Assembly: GCA_964187785.1 (NCBI GenBank)
Contig: OZ076409.1
Span: 46,006,001 to 46,070,000, forward strand
DNA from: Amphiscolops sp. MND2022
Lineage: Eukaryota
Direction: 5' to 3'
DNA: 64,000 bases
The notes under the pieces are model-generated. The model ran no database searches. It saw only the letters and a program-made list of their open reading frames with translations, and had not been told where the DNA came from. Made by a program: the position numbers and the translations under genes. Below, piece after piece: positions 1 to 11,852 of this stretch; the first letter of the stretch is position 1, and each line of letters begins with the position of its first letter.

Positions 1-880
1 TAGTTGGATATAATCCGCAAAAAACAGCAAAGTACAACTTGCGACCGAATCCTAAACATAATGCTAATCCTGACTTTAGACGACTTGACGCCATGACTAC
101 GACTCACTAAAATAAAAAGACAACTTTCAGCAGTCCAAATCGAACCGACTTGACGATTTCAATTATGGCATACTATGGCCTCCTTTTCTTTACTTTTGAC
201 TCCAGAATCAACAGATTTCTTTTCTAAATTAGCAATACATTTGTCCCACTTCACTTGAGACATTTGCAACAAATCATAACAATACAAAAATACAAATAGC
301 AACGAAACTACAGTCCAAATACAAACTAGTTCACCAGAATGAAAGAGCATCAAGACAACGACGTCACTTGTCTTTCAACCCGGATTCAGCTATTGTAAGA
401 TTCTTCTTTCCTCGTTTAGTCGTCTTCTTCTTCTTGACAACAACAGGTTCACTCTCTTTATGGTCTTTTCTTCGTCCAAGTAGAGATGCCAAACTGGTAT
501 GGATTCGTGTAGTACTCTGTCGAAATGAACTGGAACTGCTCGAAACACCAGCTGGTGGCGCAGACACAACAGAAGAAGTTGGACCCTCAGAACGTCCCAC
601 AGCAGAAGATTCACCACCACTTTTGACGCAGTGCTTACGATCAGTTTGCCTGATATATCCGCTGATAAGCCCCCTCCTTCCGACGAGAAAGATGAGCCTT
701 GAATAGCTCAAAAAAGCGCTCCATAAAAGAGCATGGCAATCACTACATATCCTATTCCAAGGGATTGAAGTCCTCCTGCTGCATAAAATTTTCAAATCCA
801 GCGATCGCCGACCGGACGCATTCCATAGTATGTTTTGTGAAGAATGGTCCCTGCTTGTATTTAGGAGCTGAAACATAACT

Positions 881-3724
881 CTAAATGCCTCGAATACAGG
901 CTTTCACAGCAACAACAGGCACTCTACACCCATCCAAATCGATCTCTACTTGAGGATACTTTGACGAGGTCTGCCGAATCATCAGGCAACACAATTTGAC
1001 CACTCGACACAAATTTTTCCGTGCCACCAATCCATATTCAGCCAACAAATACTCGATAACATCAGCAATATCTTCCACTTGACTACGACTGGCCAAATGA
1101 CGTGCACGAACGTCTGCAACATAAATGGTAAAGTCCTCCACTGCAGGCTTCGACTCCACGGAAGATAAAGCGCCACTCCACTCTAGTACCCGAACCAACC
1201 TGCTGAACAGGCTAAACACACAGTGGTCGTCTCCCTCTAAAGGCAGCTCAGGACAGAAACGATACACACCCTGGAGAAACTCGGAAGACACCAGCAACTG
1301 TGACAAAATGACATCAACAAGAGCGTCAATAAAGCGACGACATCGGCTCACTGAGTTCCACACAGAAATCAAATCGGCAACAACGCCACAAAGATCGGCA
1401 AAAGGGACCCGACCCGCGATGACACTGCGTCGAAGTTCCACAACATCCTCCATCCACGGTTCTTGAAGAGCGCCGCGTAAGCGCAACATGAGGAAGTCAA
1501 CCATTGATGTCATCTCCAACATTCTAAAAACTTCCTGATGAGCCTCGCGATAGCACTGGAGAAACACCTCCTTAGTAAATTCTCGGCAAACGATAAAGCG
1601 ACGTCCATCAACACGGTTGTCGTTTAGGACTCGCTGCAAGCTGGGGCTACCACTTTTTATTGCAAGTGGCCATTGACAGGAAGCAAGACTATCCACGATA
1701 CGTGACATACAGGACAACTCAGCATATGGAACTTGCTGACCGATTGCTTCGACTCGCACGCAAACGTCTTGGAGGCACACGTCATCCCATGTTCGCACAA
1801 AGCAGTACAGACTGTCGTCACGCTGTACGTAGAAAATGCTGTACTCCTTGGAGGCGGCAACCCGTGCGAAAAGAGACCGCAACACACGAGGAAACACGGC
1901 ACCACAGAGCAACGACTAAAACAAAACCCAACATATTGCATGATTGCTAACCCCAAAGCATACCTAAGTACAAAACACAACGTGCCATGCAATCACAAAA
2001 GGACAGTTCATGAAAATTACTTACTGATGATTCAGCGCGGCTCCAATTTATTTTGTACAGCGGACTGTCGTTACCCAAGATAGCTCGAAAGCAACCCCAC
2101 AATCTGCGCGAAAGAACGTAGCTAATACCACATCGGCACAGATTAAGTAAACACTTCACCACCGTCATCAAAGGACCCGAAGAATCCACTCGCGTACAAG
2201 CCGGCAGAAGGTCCTCAGTAAAACTGAAACCATCAGACTTCCCTTTGCAAGGACGACTCGTATAATTTGTCAATTGAGATTCGGACAACTCCATGGGATC
2301 CGTGGGGCGAATCCATGGGGCGATTCCAATGAGACGTCACGTTGACAAATCATACAGTGGAAGAGTTTGTCAGAGCCAGTACTAGAGCCAATCACAAATA
2401 ACTCGAAAACGGGATGGTTGGCCACCATATCACGCCGGAGTTGATTCCGCGAGCTGTACACACGTTTTCGGCCAGGCGAAGCACCCTCTAGAGTGGTTTC
2501 AACTCATTTCACCAGCTCCTCGAACCCTATAACAAAAACACCCACAAAATTAATTCGATATGACAACGCTGCCAACGACAACAGACGGCCCCTAACCTAC
2601 AACTTTGAACTCAAACCATCACCATCAATGGAACAATCACTAATATAGTTCGAAAAGAGGGAAAACGTACTTGCAACAAAAGGCTCTAAAGACAAACTCT
2701 CCAACTCAGAGCCAATCGCCTCCCTCAGTTTAGCAGACCGTGAAGACTGTCGCGCAGATGAAGGTTCAGCGTTGGCCTCCTCAACAGTACAGGCAAACGA
2801 GAACATTCTAGACTTCGCAGGCACCTCAGAAGTCGACGGACGCAGATGACTGGATGACGCCTGCTCACATGGCTTTTGTTCAGTCGGTGTTACCACCCAC
2901 ACGAACCATCAAACTCAAAACATACATTTTACAGCCCGGCCACTTCAAATTGAAAAAAAAAGAAAAAAAGAAGAAAATTTTAGAAAGAAAAAACCATAAC
3001 ACAGAACGAAAACCCCCAACCCACCTCGTTTAACGATCGGAGAAGTAGTTCGACTTCCAAAATACTTGTCAAATCCGGGCAAGAAACCACTAAAGCGAGA
3101 TGAAGAATGGGTCTGACTGCAAACCACCTTAACCGATTGTCCAAGCCCATCTTTTTCACCCTGCTGGAGGGGGGAAGATCCTCACCTCCATGAGTATCAT
3201 CAACAACTGCATTGGAAGACGATCCTGCGGGGGCATCCAACGGAGTTCCAAACTCACCCTCATGGGTAACAGAAGAAAGTTTTCCCCCAAATGGAGCAGG
3301 AGAAACAGCAACAGCAATCGTAGCAGCAACGTCAGTTGTAACTGTGGTAGACAGAGCAACGGCACAAAGCGGCTCCACATAAATGGCGGAAAGATTAAGC
3401 GGAAGGGGAGTAACCTCACGCTCGTTCGGATTGACGACAGGAGAAGAAGAAACTGGTCCAGACTCTAAAAACAACTTCCCCTATTTCGAGGAGTCAAGAA
3501 AATCTAAGCTGTGAAAATACTGCAAAAGGAAAGGCCTAACTGTTGAAAGTATATTTCACAAAAACTTAATGGAATGTGGGGATAAGAAAACTCACCAAGT
3601 ACTGGACGGTTGACAAAATCAGCGTCACTATCACGCACATCTCCTTCTGAGAATAAGACCTGCGTTTGGTGTCCGCTTCGAGCGCCAGGATCAACAGCTG
3701 GAATAATGGGTGGACGGAGCCCAT
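881..3724 (-). pseudogene. Spliced, decayed hAT-transposase-like gene (copy A)
   Basis: ATG at 3724; donor TTG|GTGAGT (~3597) and acceptor TTTTGCAG| (~3520) join in phase to the 2980-3474 ORF through one TAG. Contains a BED/TTF-like half finger (KLFHCMICQRDVS), a hAT-like strand pair (YSIFYVQRDDSLYCFVRTW) and a C-terminal KNLCRVVKLCCLM resembling the hATC region. Several stops and frameshifts. Confidence 0.4.
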
Positions 3725-3777
3725 AACAAAAAACAAAGAATCTGAAAAAAAACGAACATGAAAGAGACCAACGAAAA

Positions 3778-3970
3778 TGACGTCAACAAAACGGTGACAA
3801 AACCTAAAGTTGGCTAATTACCAACGAAATTGACGTCGCCATAACGTCGACAAAAAGGCTATTAGGACTAGAACACTAATCCTGTAAGCTATAATGACGT
3901 CATCAAATCGGTGACAAAAATAAAAGCTAGTTAAAAGCTAGCGAAATTGACGTCAGCATAACGTTGACAA
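3778..3970. promoter_or_regulatory. Array of CRE/ATF palindromes (2 x 117-bp unit) between divergent ORFs; TAATCC/GGATTA motifs nearby
   Basis: TGACGTCA at 3778, 3895 and 3948; TGACGTCG at 3831. Each is followed by an AA(C/T)C?G..GACAAA-like element. Confidence 0.55.
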
Positions 3971-4191
3971 ACTTGGTTAAGCGAGCTTCTCAATTCGCAG
4001 CCATAAAAACGCGACCTTGGCAAAACGCTAACTCCTGGGATTAAAAAAGGATTAAAATGATTGATTACCCAATCAGAATGAAGGGATTTATCCTAACATT
4101 TTTCTTAATCCTAACTAATCCTAATGTAATTGTGAAACACTCAGCAGTGCAAACAAGCAACTTGACAATCTACAACCGCTGCTACAAAAAA

Positions 4192-4497
4192 ATGAGCATT
4201 TACAAAGGAACATACGAATTGGTCGACATCTCATCGAGCGATGAAGAGAGGATCCTGGAAAGAGCCTCCACCCCCCTCCCGAGATGTGAGATTCCGAACT
4301 ACCGCGTAGTGTTAGAAGTTCTCCATTCTCCCACTGAAGCCACAGTTGGAGATGAAGAATATTTCGACTTGTCGCTAGAGTCTCTGGAATCTGACTGCAG
4401 AAGAATGAAATTAAATCTAAGCTACGAATCTATTGAATCTGAAGAATCTCCCGAAACAGAATTGGCATTAGAAAACTTGCGGGAAGGATATTCATAG
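4192..4497 (+). CDS. Small acidic protein (MSIYKGTYELVDISSSDEE...) with a phospho-SIM-like motif; may be the truncated start of a longer ORF
   Basis: AAAATG start inside the 4057-4497 ORF; E/S/D-rich composition; open in both copies. Confidence 0.4.
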   Translation: MSIYKGTYELVDISSSDEERILERASTPLPRCEIPNYRVVLEVLHSPTEATVGDEEYFDLSLESLESDCRRMKLNLSYESIESEESPETELALENLREGYS

Positions 4498-5847
4498 TTG
4501 AACATGCCGCCCACGAAGAATCAGTGACATCAGCACATCAAGAAAAATAGGCTTCCAACCAATAAGCACCCTGAATGGCCTGGAGGAAAGGAGAGATAAA
4601 GCAGAATCTGCATCCACCAGAGAATCTGTGCCACAGCTGCCGCTACTGCCCCGACAACCCGGCAGAGGCCTTCCCCCAGGGAGTGGCGCTGTCACAGCCC
4701 GCTCCCGGTCTGGGATGTTGCTGCAAACGCATCGGACTCGGGAGAGGACACGGCAGCAGCCTGCGATTCCCCAAATGGTATTTTAACTGTTAACTGCAAA
4801 CATTAGTGCTCGCATTTAAAATAAACTGTAATTGAAAGTATAAAATGTACGTCTATTTTGCGCAAATCTCAAACAAAAATGAAAATCAGAGATTATGTGA
4901 GCTAAAATGATTTCACGCATTTCCGGCATTGACGTTTTTGTCACGTCAAAATAAGAACATCCGTTACCTAAAAATTGAACCTAAACTACTACTGATGCGT
5001 TGATTTTTATGTTGATGTTTGTAAACGTTATTTTGTCCCTAATCCAATTTCCATCTTTGCAATCTATTCAGAATATCTTCCTAGCATCGTTCAAACAATC
5101 ATAACTCAAGATTTAGTTAGTCATAGCATTTGCCCAAGTAAAAATTCGAAATCAGGTATTAGTGGTTCATTTCCGCATCAATTTTCCTACGAACCAACGC
5201 CGTAAAACAGGGATTCATTTCCGGTATGACAGACTGAAGTAATATCTATTTCCTGCTTGGGAGGAAACAAAAGGACACAGGAAAGAAATGATATGATTAT
5301 GGTTGATAACTAATACTGAATTAAACTGTTGTGTCTCAAAATTTGACGACATGTCGACGCAAATTTGGGAACAAGATGATTTTTTCATCAAAAATACAGG
5401 AAATGACTAATTGTTTGAAAGAAATTAGGGATTTACTTGTGATCAAATGATGCTTGGAGGGTATATATTTGATGATCTTAGATAATTGAGGGACTCAGTC
5501 TTTTCTCATCTGTAAAAATCAGTTTTGTTACGATTTCTCATATCCCAGATCATTTCCCAACTTTGTTGTCAATACAGTTCGAAATTGAAGGAAATTGAAC
5601 TACAAGGAGCCAAAAGAGAAGGAACAACCAGCAGGAGGGCACCGAAAATGTAAGTGAAGGTCTAGTTTCACCAATAGTAGTAGAAAATCCTTGTTTCCTG
5701 GACCAGGACGTGAGCATTGCGGGTCCCTCAAGATCAAAATCTCTCAGGATTGACAAATTCCGTCAGAATAAATTCAACCCAAAACAACGACCCGAACGCG
5801 AGTCGTAACATCAGGAACGAAGATCAATTCAGCGCAAATTCAACCCC

Positions 5848-6250
5848 GGAAGACCCCGAAAATGTACCAAATTTACCGAAAAAACCGTTCTTCGGAGCTG
5901 TAAAAATGACGCTTTTTTAACAGCTTCTGAAATTGCCCAGACTTTACCAATTATGATCGCACCTTCTACGGTTCGCAAGATTTTGTGTAAATACAACCTG
6001 AAGGCAAAAGTTTACCACAAAAATCTTATCATTTCCCATTTTAATCGGGTGAACAGAATCCTTTTTTGCAGAACAAAATTATATGAAAAGTGGACTAAAC
6101 TGGTGGGATGTCATTTTTTCTGACGAATCGATGATTGAATTACGACCTACTCGTCGGATACTTATCAGAAGACCACCTAATTTAGGTTTTCATCCGTTAT
6201 TTACGCCAAAATTGAAAAAAGTGCCAGCAAGAAAAAAGGATCATCTGGGG
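5848..6250 (+). pseudogene. Tc1/mariner transposase fragment (copy A, cut at the duplication junction)
   Basis: GRPRKCTKFTEK...IAPSTVRKILCKYNL (linker plus HTH), a frameshift, then WWDVIFSDES (first catalytic D). Confidence 0.85.
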
Positions 6251-8918
6251 TCAGTCAATATCTTCCACTTGACTACGACTGGCCAAATGACGTGCACGAA
6301 CGTCCGCAACATAAATGGTAAATTCCTCCACTGCAGGCTTCGACTCCACGGAAGATAAAGCGCCACTCCACTCTAGTACCCGAACCAACCTGCTGAACAG
6401 GCTAAACACACAGTGGTCGTCTCCCTCTAAAGGCAGCTCAGGACAGAAACGATACACACCCTGGAGAAACTCGGAAGACACCAGCAACTGTGACAAAATG
6501 ACATCAACAAGAGCGTCAATAAAGCGACGACATCGGCTCACTGAGTTCCACACAGAAATCAAATCGGCAACAACGCCACAAAGATCGGCAAAAGGGACCC
6601 GACCCGCGATGACACTGCGTCGAAGTTCCACAACATCCTCCATCCACGGTTCTTGAAGAGCGCCGCGTAAGCGCAACATGAGGAAGTCAACCGTTGATGT
6701 CATCTCCAACATCCTAAAAACTTCCTGATGAGCCTCGCGATAGCACTGGAGAAACACCTCCTTAGTAAATTCTCGGCAAACGATAAAGCGACGTCCATCA
6801 ACACGGTTGTCGTTTAGGACTCGCTGCAAGCTGGGGCTACCACTTTTTATTGCAAGTGGCCATTGACAGGAAGCAAGACTATCCACGATACGTGACATAC
6901 AGGACAACTCAGCATATGGAACTTGCTGACCGATTGCTTCGACTCGCACGCAAACGTCTTGGAGGCACACGTCATCCCATGTTCGCACAAAGCAGTACAG
7001 ACTGTCGTCACGCTGTACGTAGAAAATGCTGTACTCCTTGGAGGCGGCAACCCGTGCGAAAAGAGACCGCAACACACGAGGAAACACGGCACCACACACA
7101 GAGCAAAGACTAAAACAAAACCCAACATATTGCATGATTGCTAACCCCAAAGCATACCTAAGTACAAAACACAACGTGCCATGCAATCACAAAAGGACAG
7201 TTCATGAAAATTACTTACTGATGATTCAGCGCGGCTCCAATTTATTTTGTACAGCGGACTGTCGTTACCCAAGATAGCTCGAAAGCAACCCCACAATCTG
7301 CGCGAAAGAACGTAGCTAATACCACATCGGCACAGATTAAGTAAACACTTCACCACCGTCATCAAAGGACCCGAAGAATCCACTCGCGTACAAGCCGGCA
7401 GAAGGTCCTCAGTAAAACTGAAACCATCAGACTTCCCTTTGCAAGGACGACTCGTATAATTTGTCAATTGAGATTCGAACAACTCCATGGGATCCGTGGG
7501 GCGAATCCATGGGGCGATTCCAATGAGACGTCACGTTGACAAATCATACAGTGGAAGAGTTTGTCAGAGCCAGTACTAGAGCCAATCACAAATAACTCGA
7601 AAACGGGATGGTTGGCCACCATATCACGCCGGAGTTGATTCCGCGAGCTGTACACACGTTTTCGGCCAGGCGAAGCACCCTCTAGAGTGGTTTCAACTCA
7701 TTTCACCAGCTCCTCGAACCCTATAACAAAAACACCCACAAAATTAATTCGATATGACAACGCTGCCAACGACAACAGACGGCCCCTAACCTACAACTTT
7801 GAACTCAAACCATCACCATCAATGGAACAATCACTAATATAGTTCGAAAAGAGGGAAAACGTACTTGCAACAAAAGGCTCTAAAGACAAACTCTCCAACT
7901 CAGAGCCAATCGCCTCCCTCAGTTTAGCAGACCGTGAAGACTGTCGCGCAGATGAAGGTTCAGCGTTGGCCTCCTCAACAGTACAGACAAACGAGAACAT
8001 TCTAGACTTCGCAGGCACCTCAGAAGTCGACGGACGCAGATGACTGGATGACGCCTGCTCACATGGCTTTTGTTCAGTCGGTGTTACCACCCACACGAAC
8101 CATCAAACTCAAAACATACATTTTACAGCCCGGCCACTTCAAATTGAAAAAAAAAAGAAAAAAAGAAGAAAATTTTAGAAAGAAAAAACCATAACACAGA
8201 ACGAAAACCCCCAACCCACCTCGTTTAACGATCGGAGAAGTAGTTCGACTTCCAAAATACTTGACAAATCCGGGCAAGAAACCACTAAAGCGAGATGAAG
8301 AATGGGTCTGACTGCAAACCACCTTAACCGATTGTCCAAGCCCATCTTTTTCACCCTGCTGGAGGGGGAAGATCCTCACCTCCATGAGTATCATCAACAA
8401 CTGCATTGGAAGACGATCCTGCGGGGGCATCCAACGGAGTTCCAAACTCACCCTCATGGGTAACAGAAGAAAGTTTTCCCCCAAATGGAGCAGGAGAAAC
8501 AGCAACAGCAATCGTAGCAGCAACGTCAGTTGTAACTGTGGTAGACAGAGCAACGGCACCAAGCGGCTCCACATAAATGGCGGAAAGATTAGGCGGAAGG
8601 GGAGTAACCTCACGCTCGTTCGGATTGACGACAGGAGAAGAAAAAACTGGTCCAGACTCTAAAAACAACTTCCCCTATTTCGAGGAGTCAAGAAAATCTA
8701 AGCTGTGAAAATACTGCAAAAGGAAAGGCCTAACTGTTGAAAGTATATTTCACAAAAACTTAATGGAATGTGGGGATAAGAAAACTCACCAAGTACTGGA
8801 CGGTTGACAAAATCAGCGTCACTATCACGCACATCTCCTTCTGAGAATAAGACCTGCGTTTGGTGTCCGCTTCGAGCGCCAGGATCAACAGCTGGAATAA
8901 TGGGTGGACGGAGCCCAT
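6251..8918 (-). pseudogene. Spliced hAT-like pseudogene (copy B, 3'-truncated by the duplication junction)
   Basis: Near-identical to copy A. The 6251-7186 ORF keeps the frame that copy A lost through a 4-nt deletion near 1905. Confidence 0.4.
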
Positions 8919-8972
8919 AACAAAAAACAAAGAATCTGAAAAAAAAACGAACATGAAAGAGACCAACGAAAA

Positions 8973-9165
8973 TGACGTCAACAAAACGGTGACAAAACCT
9001 AAAGTTGGCTAATTACCAACAAAATTGACGTCGCCATAACGTCGACAAAAAGGCTATTAGGGCTAGAACACTAATCCTGTAAGCTATAATGACGTCATCA
9101 AATCGGTGACAAAAATAAAAGCTAGTTAAAAGCTAGCGAAATTGACGTCAGCATAACGTTGACAA
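8973..9165. promoter_or_regulatory. CRE array, copy B
   Basis: Duplicate of 3778-3970. Confidence 0.55.
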
Positions 9166-9386
9166 ACTTGGTTAAGCGAGCTTCTCAATTCGCAGCCATA
9201 AAAACGCGACCTTGGCAAAACGCTAACTCCTGGGATTAAAAAAGGATTCAAATGATTGATTACCCAATCAGAATGGAGGGATTTATCCTAACATTTTTCT
9301 TAATCCTAACTAATCCTAAAGTAATTGTGAAACACTCAACAGTGCAAACAAGCAACTTGACAATCTACAACCGCTGCTACAAAAAA

Positions 9387-9692
9387 ATGAGCATTTACAA
9401 AGGAACATACGAATTGGTCGACATCTCATCGAGTGATGAAGAGAGGATCCTAGAAAGAGCCTCCACCCCCCTCCCGAGATGTGAGATTCCGAACTACCGC
9501 GTAGTGTTAGAAGTTCCCCATTCTCCCACTGAAGCCACAGTTGGAGATGAAGAATATTTCGACTTGTCGCTAGAGTCTCTGGAATCTGACTGCAGAAGAA
9601 TGAAATTAAATCTAAGCTACGAATCTATTGAATTTGAAGAATCTCCCGAAACAGAATTGGCATTAGAAAACTTGCGGGAAGGATATTCATAG
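9387..9692 (+). CDS. Small acidic protein, copy B
   Basis: Duplicate of 4192-4497 with two amino-acid changes (L>P, S>F). Confidence 0.4.
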   Translation: MSIYKGTYELVDISSSDEERILERASTPLPRCEIPNYRVVLEVPHSPTEATVGDEEYFDLSLESLESDCRRMKLNLSYESIEFEESPETELALENLREGYS

Positions 9693-11042
9693 TTGAACAT
9701 GCCGCCCACGAAGAATCAGTGACATCAGCACATCAAGAAAAATAGGCTTCCAACCAATAAGCACCCTGAATGGCCTGGAGGAAAGGAGAGATAAAGCAGA
9801 ATCTGCATCCACCAGAGAATCTGTGCCACAGCTGCGCTACTGCCCCGACAACCCGGCAGAGGCCTTCCCCCAGAGGAGTGGCGCTGTCACAGCCCGCTCC
9901 CGGTCTGGGATGTTGCTGCAAACGCATCGGACTCGGGAGAGGACACGGCAGCAGCCTGCGATTCCCCAAATGGTATTTTAACTGTTAACTGCAAACTTTA
10001 GTGCTCGCATTTAAAATAAACTGTAATTGAAAGTATAAAATGTACGTCTATTTTGCGCAAATCTCAAACAAAAATGAAAATCAGAGATTATGTGAGCTAA
10101 AATGATTTCACGCATTTCCGGCATTGACGTTTTTGTCACGTCAAAATAAGAACATCCGTTACCTAAAAATTGAACCTAAACTACTACTGATGCGTTGATT
10201 TTTATGTTGATGTTTGTAAACGTTATTTTGTCCCTAATCCAATTTCCATCTTTGCAATCTATTCAGAATATCTTCCTAGCATCGTTCAAACAATCATAAC
10301 TCAAGATTTAGTTAGTCATAGCATTTGCCCAAGTAAAAATTCGAAATCAGGTATTAGTGGTTCATTTCCGCATCAATTTTCCTACGAACCAACGCCGTAA
10401 AACAGGGATTCATTTCCGGTATGACAGACTGAAGTAATATCTATTTCCTGCTTGGGAGGAAACAAAAGGACACAGGAAAGAAATGATATGATTATGGTTG
10501 ATAACTAATACTGAATTAAACTGTTGTGTCTCAAAATTTGACGACATGTCGACGCAAATTTGGGAACAAGATGATTTTTTCATCAAAAATACAGGAAATG
10601 ACTAATTGTTTGAAAGAAATTAGGGATTTACTTGTGATCAAATGATGCTTGGAGGGTATATATTTGATGATCTTAGATAATTGAGGGACTCAGTCTTTTC
10701 TCATCTGTAAAAATCAGTTTTGTTACGATTTCTCATATCCCAGATCATTTCCCAACTTTGTTGTCAATACAGTTCGAAATTGAAGGAAATTGAACTACAA
10801 GGAGCCAAAAGAGAAGGAACAACCAGCAGGAGGGCACCGAAAATGTAAGTGAAGGTCTAGTTTCACCAATAGTAGTAGAAAATCCTTGTTTCCTGGACCA
10901 GGACGTGAGCATTGCGGGTCCCTCAAGATCAAAATCTCTCAGGATTGACAAATTCTGTCAGAATAAATTCAACCCAAAACAACGACCCGAACGCGAGTCG
11001 TAACATCAGGAACGAAGATCAATTCAGCGCAAATTCAACCCC

Positions 11043-11727
11043 GGAAGACCCCGAAAATGTACCAAATTTACCGAAAAAACCGTTCTTCGGAGCTGTTAAA
11101 ATGACGCTTTTTTAACAGCTTCTGAAATTGCCCAGACTTTACCAATTATGATCGCACCTTCTACGGTTCGCAAGATTTTGTGTAAATACAACCTGAAGGC
11201 AAAAGTTTACCACAAAAATCTTATCATTTCCCATTTTAATCGGGTGAACAGAATCCTTTTTTGCAGAACAAAATTATATGAAAAGTGGACTAAACTGGTG
11301 GGATGTCATTTTTTCTGACGAATCGATGATTGAATTACGACCTACTCGTCGGATACTTATCAGAAGACCACCTAATTTAGGTTTTCATCCGTTATTTACG
11401 CCAAAATTGAAAAAAGTGCCAGCAAAAAAAGGATCATCTGGGGATGTGCCAGCTCGAATGGTTAAAGGTTGATGACAAACACAAAGTCAACGCTGATGCT
11501 TTCTAAAAAAGACACCGATGTTTCTCAACACCGACTTTCTAAAAAACAAGGTTGTACCCTTTCGGAATCTCCAGGATAACGCACCGGCTCATACAGCAGA
11601 AAAAAACGATGGTTTTTTTTTCAAGAGAATGCCTTCACATACCTGGAAAACTGGCCCACTTTATGCATCTATTCCGATACGAAAACAAGAAATTTTGAAA
11701 TATAAAGGATACCCAACGAAATATTAG
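11043..11727 (+). pseudogene. Tc1 transposase pseudogene (copy B, internally deleted)
   Basis: GRPRK, STVRKIL, VIFSDES, QDNAPAH and LENWP are present; SPDLNPIE is deleted; typical Tc1 end SIPIRKQEILKYKGYPTKY*. Confidence 0.9.
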
Positions 11728-11827
11728 ACTGTTAACAACGCTTTCTTACTTTAACGCTTTTTTGTTTTGTACAATTTATACTTTTTGTGGCCTAAGTTAA
11801 TTTTGAACTTTCGTTTTCATTTTCAAA

Positions 11828-11852
11828 GAGTTGCATTTTAAACGCTCCTGTA
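11828..11852. mobile_element. Probable right TIR of the Tc1 element plus TA
   Basis: GAGTTGCATTTTAAACGCTCCTG followed by TA, ~100 bp after the transposase stop; the reverse complement begins CAGG. No matching left TIR seen in the window. Confidence 0.5.

Larger units (their letters stand above)
1062..6250. repeat. Tandem segmental duplication, copy A (~5.19 kb)
   Basis: Sequence from TCAGCAATATCTTCCACTT (~1062) to GGATCATCTGGGG (6250) recurs at an offset of ~5190-5195; roughly 30 differences by eye (<1%). Confidence 0.95.
6251..11443. repeat. Tandem segmental duplication, copy B
   Basis: Starts TCAGTCAATATCTTCC immediately after copy A and ends at GGATCATCTGGGG (11443), where the Tc1 relic continues uninterrupted. 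Confidence 0.95.
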
